Shown here one piece after another: positions 13,780 through 26,300 of a stretch of DNA of 64,000 nt. The stretch's first letter is position 1. Every line of letters starts with the position of its first letter. The stretch covers positions 816,691 to 880,690 of the forward strand of contig NW_003526948.1 in the NCBI RefSeq assembly GCF_000181795.1, written 5' to 3'. The position numbers and the translations under genes were made by a program. This DNA comes from Trichinella spiralis (lineage: Eukaryota). A model generated the notes under the pieces. The model saw only the letters and a list, made by a program, of their open reading frames with translations, made no database searches and had not been told where the DNA came from.

Positions 13780-13790
13780 CTAAAAAATCA
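13780..13790 (-). promoter_or_regulatory. Acceptor immediately upstream of the RTRAF ATG (probable SL trans-splice site)
   Basis: TGATTTTTTAG|ATATCAGA-ATG; the AG lies 8 nt before the start codon. Confidence 0.4.
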
Positions 13791-16700
13791 GAATATTAGT
13801 CGTAAAACTTATTTATAAAATACATTAAAAACAAAAAACATCCAATGATATCAAATCGTCTTTTTCATTTACATAAGAGTGAACGCACGAAACTGATTTA
13901 TGATAAATTCGTCCAAATTATTCCATCATAATATTTAAGATAACAGCCTCGATCAGAATGCAAATTTGTAATTTAGCGTATAGTTCAATTTTTCAAAGTT
14001 TAATTATACATCAAGTAAACAATTGCAAACCGCACATCTTTCCTAGAAACAGAAAAACCTGCTTGATTACTGTCATAAAATGATTTGCAAGTATTATAAT
14101 TTAATTTTTATCATTTTAAAGCGAATATCTGGTCTCTGAGCTTTGCAACAGCATTTTCATAATGTGCATTAATTAGTGTATTTAAAACACTATTATTAAA
14201 AAATAGTGTTTTTTTGAAGCTGAAAGTTATCAAGTTACTAAACAGATTGTTTCGTTTGTATAAAATGTTTGTTTGTAAAAAGTATGCCGAAAAAAACCAA
14301 AAAATGCTTTATTTTTTTCCTCATTAACAATAAGTATATTAAAATAACTATATCATTATGACAAATAAGACAAAATGCTGAGATACTTTAATAAAATGCT
14401 TCTTCATATATTTCAATAATAATATATGGGGTAAAAAACTGTCCACTGATAAAGAAAATTAGGTGCAATTGAAATAAATAATAAAATAAATCTTCATGAT
14501 GTAAAATTATAATCTTTTTAAATATATTAAAGAAAGCAATTAGTTGAGATAAACAATTAATGATACCACTTAATAAGCTAATGTGTGCTTCCTTTCACAC
14601 GGGCATGCGCGATTGATTAACCCAAAATTCCGGATGAGGATGCATTTGCGCTTTGGCAGTACCTTGCAGTGTGTTTAATTGACTCATGGCACGAAGAGCA
14701 TTACCATATTTAAATCTAGAAAACTGATAACAAGTACTTGTCAATGCCAACAGGAAATCACACCGTTCTCAATCTATAAACTTTGTTTCAGTTAATGTAA
14801 CTCGCATATTCGATCTATCTACAATTGCATAATTTTTGGCCAACCATTAAATAGATGCATTTGCAAATTTTTGAAGCGCCATCATGTGGCGTCTATGCTG
14901 ACTTAATAAAAATAACTTCTTTGGCAAAGTCTATCTTCACAAAACTAAAGCAAAGCTGTAAAGCACGTTGAGAAAAAGCTAGTCATGTTTACACAATTTG
15001 CTAATGCAATGAAACCTAATGCACAGGTAAATAACTAATTTTTCACTTTACAATATAGTTTAAACAAATAAATTATGTTATCTGTCGTTGCCTAATTTTG
15101 CAACTATTATGTATATATATAATTTTCTGATATGCCTGTTCAGCTAATATAATAATTCTAATTAATTTTTATTTATGATTTAAAATATTGCAAATAAAAC
15201 AAAAGCATTATCCTGAAAGAAAGCATAAATAAATTTTTCTACAAAAATGCTTCTTAAGGACTTCATCCAGACATACGATATTCAAAAAAATATAGGAAAA
15301 ATATGTACAAAATGTTCAAAACTATTTATATTTTTAATGCATGAATATTTTTTCTGAAATTAAATTTCATCCATTTGCTGTCTTAATGAACGTTACTCAG
15401 CCTACTATCTATTTTTTTTCAGGAAGTAAAACGCTTTCACATTCCACAACAGAAAAATATTTATTGTCCATTATTTTTATAAATTTATAAATATCTTATG
15501 AAAAACTTTAGTAATGAATGTTTTCCCTTAATAATTAAAAGCCTTTATAAAGTACATTCCGTATGCTACAAAGAAATTGAATTTTGAAAATCTCTTTTTA
15601 AAATTCTTTTACTTTTCTTTCATAAAATTGCAATAAAATCGTAGTGCAAAATTTTTTAAAAATCAATATAAAATGAATTTGGGCAATCTAGTATTAAGTT
15701 TGCTTATTCAATTATGTTTCAGAAAATTAAATTTAAATAAAGTCACTATATTTTTCTGGATAATTTTAAAATGGAACAAGAAAGGAAGAATTTTCAGAAT
15801 ATCATGAATTTACTGACGAAAATTTTCAATAAAATTCAACGTCAATATTCAACTGATATGTAATACATTAATTAAGAAAACTTGTAAAATCAGTCATATT
15901 TGTCATTCAGAATAAATAAATGTGATAATAAACGTACCGTGATAAAGTTCCTCGATATTCTATCAATAAAATTTTCATTTTTTAATATTGCATTATTCCA
16001 ACGGCTCCTTGAAGCAATATATATATATATACAGTATTCATTAACTGAAAACAATACAGTATTTATCATTATTTTATTACTGCTATATTTACGTTTACTA
16101 GTCATGTTAATAAGGTTTTCTGTTGATTCCTATCAATTTCGCTTTCATTGTTTTTTTTAATTTAGAAAAAATAAATTGAATTTGATCATTTCGTAAATAT
16201 TTTTTATAATCCTTCGATAGTAAAATGAGTAAAATTTAAATTCAAGCAGCAGAATACAGATAATCATTTGTAATTTATAAAATTATTATAAATATGGTAA
16301 AATTTTTAATTTTATATTTTTAGACTTCAAAGAAGAATCATGTAAAATTTTCTGATGATTCCAATAAGTCTGCTGGAAAAATTCATGGATCACATACGGT
16401 AATAAATTTTTTGTATTTCAAGTAAACGCGCAGAATAACTGTATTGAATAATCAAAGGAATAAAACAGGAATTGTCACAACAAACACACATACACACAGA
16501 ACTCTGACTAACTTTACCCCAAATCTGGCATGTCTAATACATAATCCAGTCTAACTAGTTTTTTTGTAATTTGTTTTTTCACTAAATTTTCTCCAGGTAC
16601 ATAACAAAAATATAATTTACTAATTTCGTAAAAAAGACTTCAATAATTTTTTGAATAAAACAAAAAAAAGTTACGGTTAATAATAGTTCATTGCTATTTC

Positions 16701-18701
16701 TTTATGCATTTATTAACATGTTTCTATTAGCCCTCTGAACTTCATTGTCAACCAAACAATCTATATTCTTAGTACAGTAATAATTTTACTATTATTTGTA
16801 CCTTTCACTCCATTAATACGTCTAATATAAAGAATAGATAATGTATATAATAACTTTCATTTGAATATACTAGCCATAGTTAGCAGTTGCATTGATTTGA
16901 CTGCGGCCAGATTGCATTAATCAATCGATGTGTTTCATCATAGCGATATTAAAATAATCCATATTTTGAACATATTTTTTATTCAAAAATGAAAAGTAAA
17001 AACGTTATGACAAGTCCATATTTGTTCAGTTCAACATGACACCTTTAGAAAAATTTGTTGATTTAAAACAACAGAAATGCTGCTCTTGTATAAATAAAAT
17101 GCATTCCCAGTATTTAAATTAAATTAAAAAATTAACACTGTATACATCTGAAACAATCGTTTTAGCAGTTGAAAACATGGCAACAAGATGTTTAAAATTA
17201 CATTTAAAATTCTATAAATTCATCAGAAATACAAAACTAAAAGAATGTTTTGTTCAATAACAAACTGAAATGTCCAAGTTTTAGTCAAAAGGATTCATTT
17301 ATACTTCACTTTTTGATTAGTTTTTTGAAGCATTTACGAATTTTGACTTTGATAACGGGGGGAGATGAATTTAAAGAGAAAATAAATCAAATGAAAATTA
17401 CAATTAACGAAGAAATAATATTCAACATTTGAAAAGTATTATTCCAAGTTGGAAAGTTTTTATTCAAAGCTTATATTTGATAGTTTGAATAGTGTTTTTA
17501 TAAATAAAAAAATGGAACGATTTTTTTGGCAGCAATATATTAACACTTGGGCTCTTGTGTAATACGTTTTGCTCGAGTAGAGTTTTGAAAATTAAGTTTC
17601 ATGTCAACCATTTGTTATATATACTATGCAATACTGACATTGAAGACCACAGTTTGAATGATTTAAAATTTAAACTAAACTTGTATTTTTACAATGTCGA
17701 ATTTATTTTCGTTGTATAATATTACTGGCTTAAAGTATGCAAAATGTTGAAATCATAAGAGCAAAGTCGAATTTACGCTGTTCACATGAACGTTAGAATG
17801 ATAATTTATCTGCTTTCTTTCTGCCTGTGGAATAACCGCCCACCGCCAGTAAAAGCAGTTGACCAGCCAGTTAGGCAAAACGATGTTTAGGCTGGCAGTG
17901 AACAATCAGCTCATAATTAATGCATCTTTCGCCATCGCTAACTGTTAAGTCCGTGCTGTGAAGTCTACTCGGCTAGATGCTGCATAATCCCTAAGGCTGT
18001 CAAAGTCGAATAAGTCAACAACAACATTCCCTCGTTCCTAGAAGCTGCCTGAAATGGTAGAAAATTGCTCGATTTACAATGCATTCATAACTCCACATGA
18101 CGATTCTAGCTTTACTTTCTTTTAATATTATTTGCAGACAAAAATTTTTGACTCAAATTTATTTTATAAAGGCATTACATTTATCCAATAACAATAATTT
18201 GCAATATCGCATTAGCACTAACTTATCGTTTATCTGCTTTGGTGTCACTAATGAGCAAGCGTTTCATTATAATATGAAATTAATAATAAGATGAATATTC
18301 TTCTTTTGAGTATTCTTATTCAACAGTCAATGATTCATAATTTACCATTCAATGACAATGTTCCTAATAAGTTTTACTCTTGGTCGACAAAACTTTCCAT
18401 AAATTGTTATCATATGTTTAAATCGATTTCAAATTTTAAACTACCATCAGGTGTATCAAAAATTCAAAATTCCATATACACATAGATTCATAAAAATGAC
18501 GCAAAGAAGAATGGAAAAAAATAGTTTCAAATTCCAGTGTCACAACTTACAAATTATACCGGACAAATATCAGAACAAAAACTGCATTACTATTATATAT
18601 TAGTTTTGATTTTAGAGCAACATTTTCAACATATGTAAGTAAAAATTTTTTGTATAAATAATAAAGCTGCTTACATCAACTCTGTCTTATCACACTGCTA
18701 A

Positions 18702-18752
18702 CCAATGGTACTGGTGCGATTGGCTGCTTCAGCTAAACTGCGAACAGCCAAT
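18702..18752. promoter_or_regulatory. CCAAT-box cluster upstream of the Shaw gene
   Basis: CCAAT at 18702, ATTGGCTG at 18719 and CAGCCAAT at 18745 (an inverted pair), ~350-400 nt before the ATG. Confidence 0.3.
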
Positions 18753-19108
18753 AAGTTGTAACAGCATTGATTTTCTTATCTTGGAAATTATAGGCTGTGA
18801 ATTTAATTTTAGGTATACTATTTGACTTTAAATAGAATAATGAATTATCGTTTCCATTATGAGCTGTTTAAGATAAATAAACTTTTTTTATCACTATCAT
18901 AGCTCACTAACTACATATAATGCACTAATAGATTAGAAAATATATATTAATATGAACCCAAATAAATATAAGCACACATTTTGAATGGGTATTATAATAT
19001 ATATTCATATAAAACACGGTAGCTAGTGGGTTTTATAGCTTTATTAGATTTTATTGTTCCAAATTATACAATTACAACTGGATACCTTTGTAGATACATT
19101 CAGTCGAA

Positions 19109-19621
19109 ATGGACGCAGATAACCGCGTTATTCTCAATGTCGGCGGTGTGCGGCATGAAACTCATAAGCATGTTTTAAAGAAAATTCCCGCTACAAGACT
19201 TTCAAAGCTTACTGAAAATTTAGCCAACTACGATCCAGTGCTCAAAGAGTATTTTTTTGATCGCCATCCAGATGTATTTGCTCAAATATTGAACTACTAT
19301 AGAACAGGTATGAGCACACCAAAGTTAAAATGCTGTTTTTTTAAGCAATTACAAGTTTCTACAATTTTAAAAATATTTATTTCAATGTCAAATTACTCAA
19401 AAAATTAATTGCAACATTCATTTTAAAGAATGTTTGTGAACATTTTTTTTCATGATGAGGGTATTTTCCGGGTTTTGTCACCACAAAGTTACAAATATCA
19501 AAGCAAAAATTGTAGGAAGCCTCAAAATTTTTAATTTCTAAAATTTATTCGGCAATTATTATTATGGCTTTTGTCATGCTTCACATTTTAATATCAAACA
19601 TTTTACAGCTGTAATACATTA

Positions 19622-19654
<33 letters not shown>

Positions 19655-22600
19655 TATTAGGAAATTAACATGTTAAAGCTAACTGAAATCATTTTACATT
19701 ACTTTTATCGTAAAATTTGAATAGAATACGAAATGTTACTCTAAGTAATACTATTTTTCATTTTATACCAGAAATTATTATCTTATTCAGAGAACTAAAG
19801 AGCTGTCATAATAAAAAAAGCAAAAAGGCGTTGGCATCATGCAAATGCAGATTATTGCAAAATATCATAAAAGCTTACCAAAATGCTATAAATTACAAAG
19901 TATTCAATAACCTACCAAGTGAAAACAGTTTTGATGCTTTTATTTATTATTACGCAATGGTGACAGTAGTTGGCTCAAAAACTGCTCCTTTAAAATTTCA
20001 AAAACAGAAACAAAATTCCAAATACAACGCTAAAAGTTTAATAATAAATAAATAGCGTAATAACAATAAATTCAAATAACCATTATGTATAAAATTCATG
20101 AAAAGATTTTAAAAGGTACCATGAATAGCATTCAATTTTTGAAAAATTTTGTATTTCAGTTTCAGCTCAAATTTAATTTTTCAATGCCACTAATATTTAC
20201 ATGAAAGTTATTGCTTTTCAAATTTGCTTAATATGCGATTTGTTAGCAGGAGTATCACGTAAAAATAGCTGCATTTCTTCATTCCTCACAGTCATTCAGA
20301 AACTGCTGTACTTATTTCCGCTTCATTGTACTTATGACCATCATTTTCATGCATTAAATATGCAAAAGCTGACCAATTATGCTCAGTGAAGTTTGCAAGG
20401 ATACACGTCTGTATAGCTAGTTAGTAATATCTATATATCAAAGACAAGTAACTCCAAGTTGCATATTGAATAATTTTTCAACGCAACATCATTTGTTAAA
20501 ATAAATTAACTGTGAGCTATTTTATGCAAGTTGTTTGAAAATCCGCTTCTTCTAATTCACGCAATAGAGCAGCATTGCAAAATGAATAAAATAAAATATT
20601 CAAGTGAAGAATAGAATAAGTGCTAGCGTTTATGCTCTTTCAGCCGTATTAATATATAGGACGGACTTCCTGTTACAGCATCATGTTTTATGCAGTCATT
20701 GATTAAGCTTCAATTGATTTTAGAATATTTTGCATTTCAACATAAATTTGCATTTTCTCCATAATAATTAAGTTAAACAATATTGATTACTTTACATCAT
20801 TCAATATTTAGAATAACCGGCTTATTTATGGCTAACGTTTTCTAAACTTTTTATCAATTGCAACATAAAACAAAATAAATACTATAGAATAATCAGTTCA
20901 AGTCAAGCTTGTACTGTCGTATGCTAACATTTTGTTCCAGGAAAACTTCATTATCCAACAAATGTTTGTGGGCCCCTTTTTGAAGAAGAGCTTGAATTTT
21001 GGGGTTTAGATTCAAATCAAGTTGAACCATGTTGCTGGATGACTTACACTCAGCACAGGTAGGTTCTTTCGAATTCCTTAAATCATTAGATAATTTTAAA
21101 AGGAGTTATTAAAAACTGTCTTCATTAATTGATAGAATACTAAGTTAATTTTATTTATTTATTTGTTTATTTATATGCAGTTTTGTTTAATTTAAAAATT
21201 ATAATTTTCATCACCTATAATAATATGAAACAGATAAATTATATTAAATTTTCAATTGAACTACTGTACTTTCAGTTTTATGTAAAATTCTGTATGAAAT
21301 GTGAACACTTTATGTTTTATCAACAACTAAATTGAAGGTAAATAATGCTGATCTGCGCTTAAAATATAACTTTTTAAGTGATATGAAAGATTTTAATATT
21401 TGCTTCAATTTATTATTGCTTTTCACTCGAAATACTTTTTTCTGCAATAATGAAATATTTCTATTTGAGAAATACTCAAGAAACGCTAGCTGTCATTGAG
21501 CAGTTAGAAAATAGAACGTACACCGACGAAGAGCTTGCAGTAATGTTTGGATGGGAAGATGATTATCTTGCTGATAATCTCAACTGGTGGCAACATTTAA
21601 AACCAAAAATATGGTCATTATTTGACCAACCATGGTCTTCGTCTGCAGCTCGAGTAAGTAGACACTATGCAGGGAGCAATTTTGATTAATTTTTTACCAA
21701 ATTCAGATAACTTTTTACTCTATTTATTGATCAGTTGTTGAAATTTCTCATTTAAGTCCTTAATCAATTTTTTAGAATGCAAGACCAAAAGAAACTGTTT
21801 TTGACTTTGATGAAAAGCATCTAAGCCTTATTTGTTATAAATAATTTGTTTTCTTTTCGGATTTTAAATGGATTTAGATTGGAATATTAAACAAGAGAAA
21901 ACGTTATGTTTTATTAAAATAGATTGAAATGAACCGCACTGCAAAAGCATGTCTGGTTAAAATGAATACAGCAATCAAATAAAGCATTGCAATAAATATG
22001 CAACCAGAAATTTAGTCAGATATTTTGCTCAAGTGCTCAAGCACCCAAATGACTGTATGCCCAAACTCAATGTATTTTCAAGAAATTTCGTAAGGAAATA
22101 AATGTCTTTAATAGATTTATTACTTGTTCATAGATTTTGAAAATGCTATTTAATTTTTTTAACTAACTCAATATTTAGCCTTTTTGATTTTACAATAGGG
22201 GGCTTTTAGATAAACTATTGCAATCTTAAAATGGAATCATGTTTTACGCTATAACAATAGTAAAGTATTTGTCTTAAAGTGGAAATTACTATTTAATTGT
22301 TCTATTTGAATGACCATAAGGATAATAAAAAAAATCTACAATCGCCTGATTAATTTTATATATTTCATGGCAAATTTATAAAATATTTTCTCTGTATAAC
22401 ACTTATTTTGTAAATACAAATGTAAGTGCGTGTGCAAAAACATGCCATTTTTTAATTTAAAGCTACATGTTTCAGGTAATTTCTCTGGTGGCTATATTTT
22501 TCATCTGCTTATCAACATTGGTATTTTGCTTGAAAGCACAGCCCTCATTTCTAATACCAAACTTGGAAAATACGACCCGTTATATGACTCCATGGAATTC

Positions 22601-23351
22601 TACTATCTGGCTTCAGCAAAACTATGTAGGGTTAGATCAAGTACGCACTACTACTGATGATGTTTTGCTTTTCGTCGACTTAGTGTGCAACATCTGGTTT
22701 GCTTTTGAAATCAGCGTGCGCTTTTTGTTTTGCCCAAGCAAACTGAACTTTTTCAAAGATGCTTTAAATCTCATTGACTTTGTTGCAACTGTTAGCTTTT
22801 TTGTCGAGATGGCAGTGCGTTTTCTTAGCAGTCATGGGGAAAATTATGACACAGTGCAGTTTTTTGGAATTATTCGAATTATGCGGCTGTTTCGGTTAGC
22901 TAAGCATTCGTCAGGGTTAAAAATTCTGATGCAGACGTTTAAAGCAAGTGCACATGAGCTAATTTTATTGGTTTTTGTGGTTGTCCTTGGCATTGTTCTT
23001 TACGGGTCACTAATTTTTTACGCTGAACGAATGGAAAGCAATCCTGACAACGATTTCGACAGTATACCACTCGGACTTTGGTGGGCAATTGTCACAATGT
23101 GCACAATTGGCTATGGTGATATGGTACCCAAAACTAGCGTCGGCATGATCATTGGTTGTCTCTGCGCTTTAACTGGAGTACTTACACTTGCCTTGCCTAT
23201 GCCAGTAATTGTTAGCAATTTTGAAATGTTTTATTCTCATGCACAAGCACGTGCAAAGCTGCCTAAAAAACGCCGTCGTGTTTTACCACCAGAAGAAACC
23301 AAAATGATGTTTAAACATCGTCCACCAAAAGCAGTTCCTCACAATGATTAA
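19109..23351 (+). CDS. Shaw: Voltage-gated potassium channel, Shaw/Kv3 subfamily (invertebrate Shaw type), 4 exons, 458 aa
   Basis: Exons 19109-19307, 20941-21058, 21470-21653, 22476-23351 (1377 nt). T1 domain [18 protein letters not shown]...EYFFDRHP...[37 protein letters not shown] with the HX5CX20CC Zn motif. S4 [23 protein letters not shown]. Pore [24 protein letters not shown]6 [12 protein letters not shown]. Confidence 0.96.
19623..19652. repeat. (TG)15 microsatellite in Shaw intron 1
   Basis: Direct reading of the sequence. Confidence 0.95.
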
Positions 23352-26300
23352 ATGTTTGTTGATTTTACATTTAATAGTTTATAATGGATTTCTTTGATTA
23401 GATAGCTGAGATTCATTTTTTTAAACATAGAAAGCAAACGAAATTGTGTCTGATCTTAAAGTCTGAATTTATTTGTTACTTTGCTCATTCAGCTTACTGG
23501 ATACTATTACGTTTAGTGAAAGCCATTTTCGAAACTTGAATGTTATTGAAATTGTGCAAAAGAATTCTTTTAATTACGTATGTGTGCACACAGCCTATGT
23601 GCGGACTTAGCCTGCAACATATGCACTATTTCTAAATTTACCTTATAAACTAGGCTATTAAAATAGCAATGTGATGAATTACTCACTTTATGCAAACCTC
23701 GTACACGTTAAAGCGTTAAAGCCCCCAGGACAATCAAAAGGAATAGACCACATGCTTAGTTTCCAATTGTTTTATTTACAATAAAATATTAATATGCTAA
23801 TTTGTCATTCGGTGCAATTGTGCATCTTGCAGCAGCTCATCTTAAAGACAGCTTCTTCAAGTAATTTTTAAATTTAATTTTCAACAAAACTGAAAATCAT
23901 TTGATCGTTGGCCACAAAACAGTGAACATACTTTTACTTCCTACGTAAGCAATCATGTATTATAACAAAGGAATTTCAAAATAAAAAAAAACAATCTAAA
24001 ACTAAAGAAATTAACAAATGACTGTAATAAACAGTATAAACATATAAACATTGTAAATGTGTAATAAAGATGGAAAAATTTTTTCAGACCAATGTATTTA
24101 TTTATCAACGCTAACAACGTTCAAACAGTTAAACGGTTAAATGCAGAATTCAAAAAATCTGTTTGGTAAAAGTTTTGCTGACTGTTTATATAAAATAAAA
24201 TTATGAGTGATTATGAAAGTGATTCATTTCCCTGTCTCATGTTATGCTGTTATGTTATGGAATTGATAATGCGGAAAAAATGGTTGTTGATTCAATCAGT
24301 CCAGAATTTTTGATTACTGACATCACTGTTGCACAAACGTATCTATCTATCTCTGCATTCTTGTTTTTGTGTTATTGTACTTAAAAAAAGAAAAAATTTG
24401 CATTAACATTTCGTATGTAAATTTACAAATGCACTTTTATTTATTATTTGTAAATTGAATGATGAGATTTTACATTTTAACATTTATTTTCATATCAAGT
24501 GAAACAGAATTTTTTATTCATGTTTCAAACTGAAAGCTAATTTGTAATAAGTTTTTAAATTTTTTAAATTGCATGCATTTAATTGTTTGATTTGGACAGT
24601 TTCGCATTCAATAGTTCATATTCAACTGGTGTTTTGTAAAAAATACAATCACATCTGCTTAGTGTTATTCTGTAAAATCTGATTCTGCTTAATTATATAC
24701 ATAATTCATGCTAATTGTTGATGAAGTTTTTGAATAAAATTTCCTGTTTCAAATTTCAGCTTCTTCCTATTACTACGCAAAATGTGAACTATTTTAAACT
24801 GCTTCAATTGCTGCTAGTCTAATGGTTGATGAATTGTAAAATTACAATAATATCAATATATGTTTTTCAGTACTTTTTGTTCTACTGTTGGTCAAGGAAA
24901 CTGGTTAACACGATGAATGGACGTCGAAACTTCATTTCGAAGCTTCTCATACTGAGCAACACTGATGTTTCTACTGTTATGGATAATTATTAAATAATTA
25001 TAATAAATGTAAAAAAGTTTATATTAAAAAATTCATTTCATAAATTTCCTATTATTATTTTAAATTATAATCAGTTGATAAAAAAAATCATGCTAAATTA
25101 TGGTTGTTTTGTAAATTGATTTTTTCCTGCTATATATTATGCATATTTTATTTTTATTATTAGAACATTTAAAACAGTCTTAAACGATGATTATCTTTCT
25201 CTTTGCTCTATTTGATAGAAATAAAGAAAAATATTTCAATGTCGCTCATAGGATATTTTTGTAACAGTACTGTTCGTTTTCAATGACATATCAATAAAAT
25301 AAGAATATTATTATCAGCATTTTAAAATCAAAGTTTCAAAGCACATGCTGTTTCATTTTTATTCATGACATGCAGATTTACGACGACAGTTTTAAAACTG
25401 ATGACATGTCACTTTCCTATTTTCAAAATGTGAAAAACTGCTAAATTAGTTCCATTTGATGCAACAATTTTGTAAAATACCTTTGCAAAATATTTCTCCA
25501 GTATACATATTGAACATGCTTATTTGCATGTTTATTTGTTAGCTATTGCTGAAATTGTTCAACCTGATGTATCAGTTCTGTTAGCCACAGGAAGTTTTCT
25601 GACTCGATGACAATCATAGAAGATAAGCTTTTATATTTATATTGACAATCTACAACTGATGACTACAACAAACCGTATTTATTAATTATTGATTCCATTT
25701 TGTCCAATTTTAACAAAGCCAAAGAGAACAAATAACTGCACTCCATTGTTGTTCTGTAAATAAATACCAATTTACAATTTTTGAGTGCAGTCATTTTTAC
25801 AAAATTAAAATAAGTGAAAAAAAGCATAACACAGGTTCGATAATACTAATTACTACTGATAATAAACCGTCGCAACTGTTCAATTAATCATTCTAAAATA
25901 GGATGATACGGTGAAAATTGTTTTCTTTTAGTTTTACTGTTTTGTAAAAAATTGCCTTTTCCAAATGTTATTTACAACAATATTTACAATAAGAATCATA
26001 TACATAACAGTGATAGCTAAGCTAATAGAACAGACAGCAAGCAAACAACAGACGGCTGGCCAATGAGAATAACACTGGTCCTTAATTAGAGCCAAGCAAA
26101 GCAATTGATCATTTTCAACTCTTGGGGGAAAATTGTTAATTTCCACTGGGTTAAGTGAGTGGGCTTGAAGAAGCCGACATTTAAATTTAAAGAAGATAAG
26201 GAAATTGAAACTTGCATTATTTATGCTTTATTTTTCTTTAGTCGTTCAATTTCTTTGCTCTCTTTTTGTCTTCAACGCAACCTGAGCTGTTAAAAACAAA

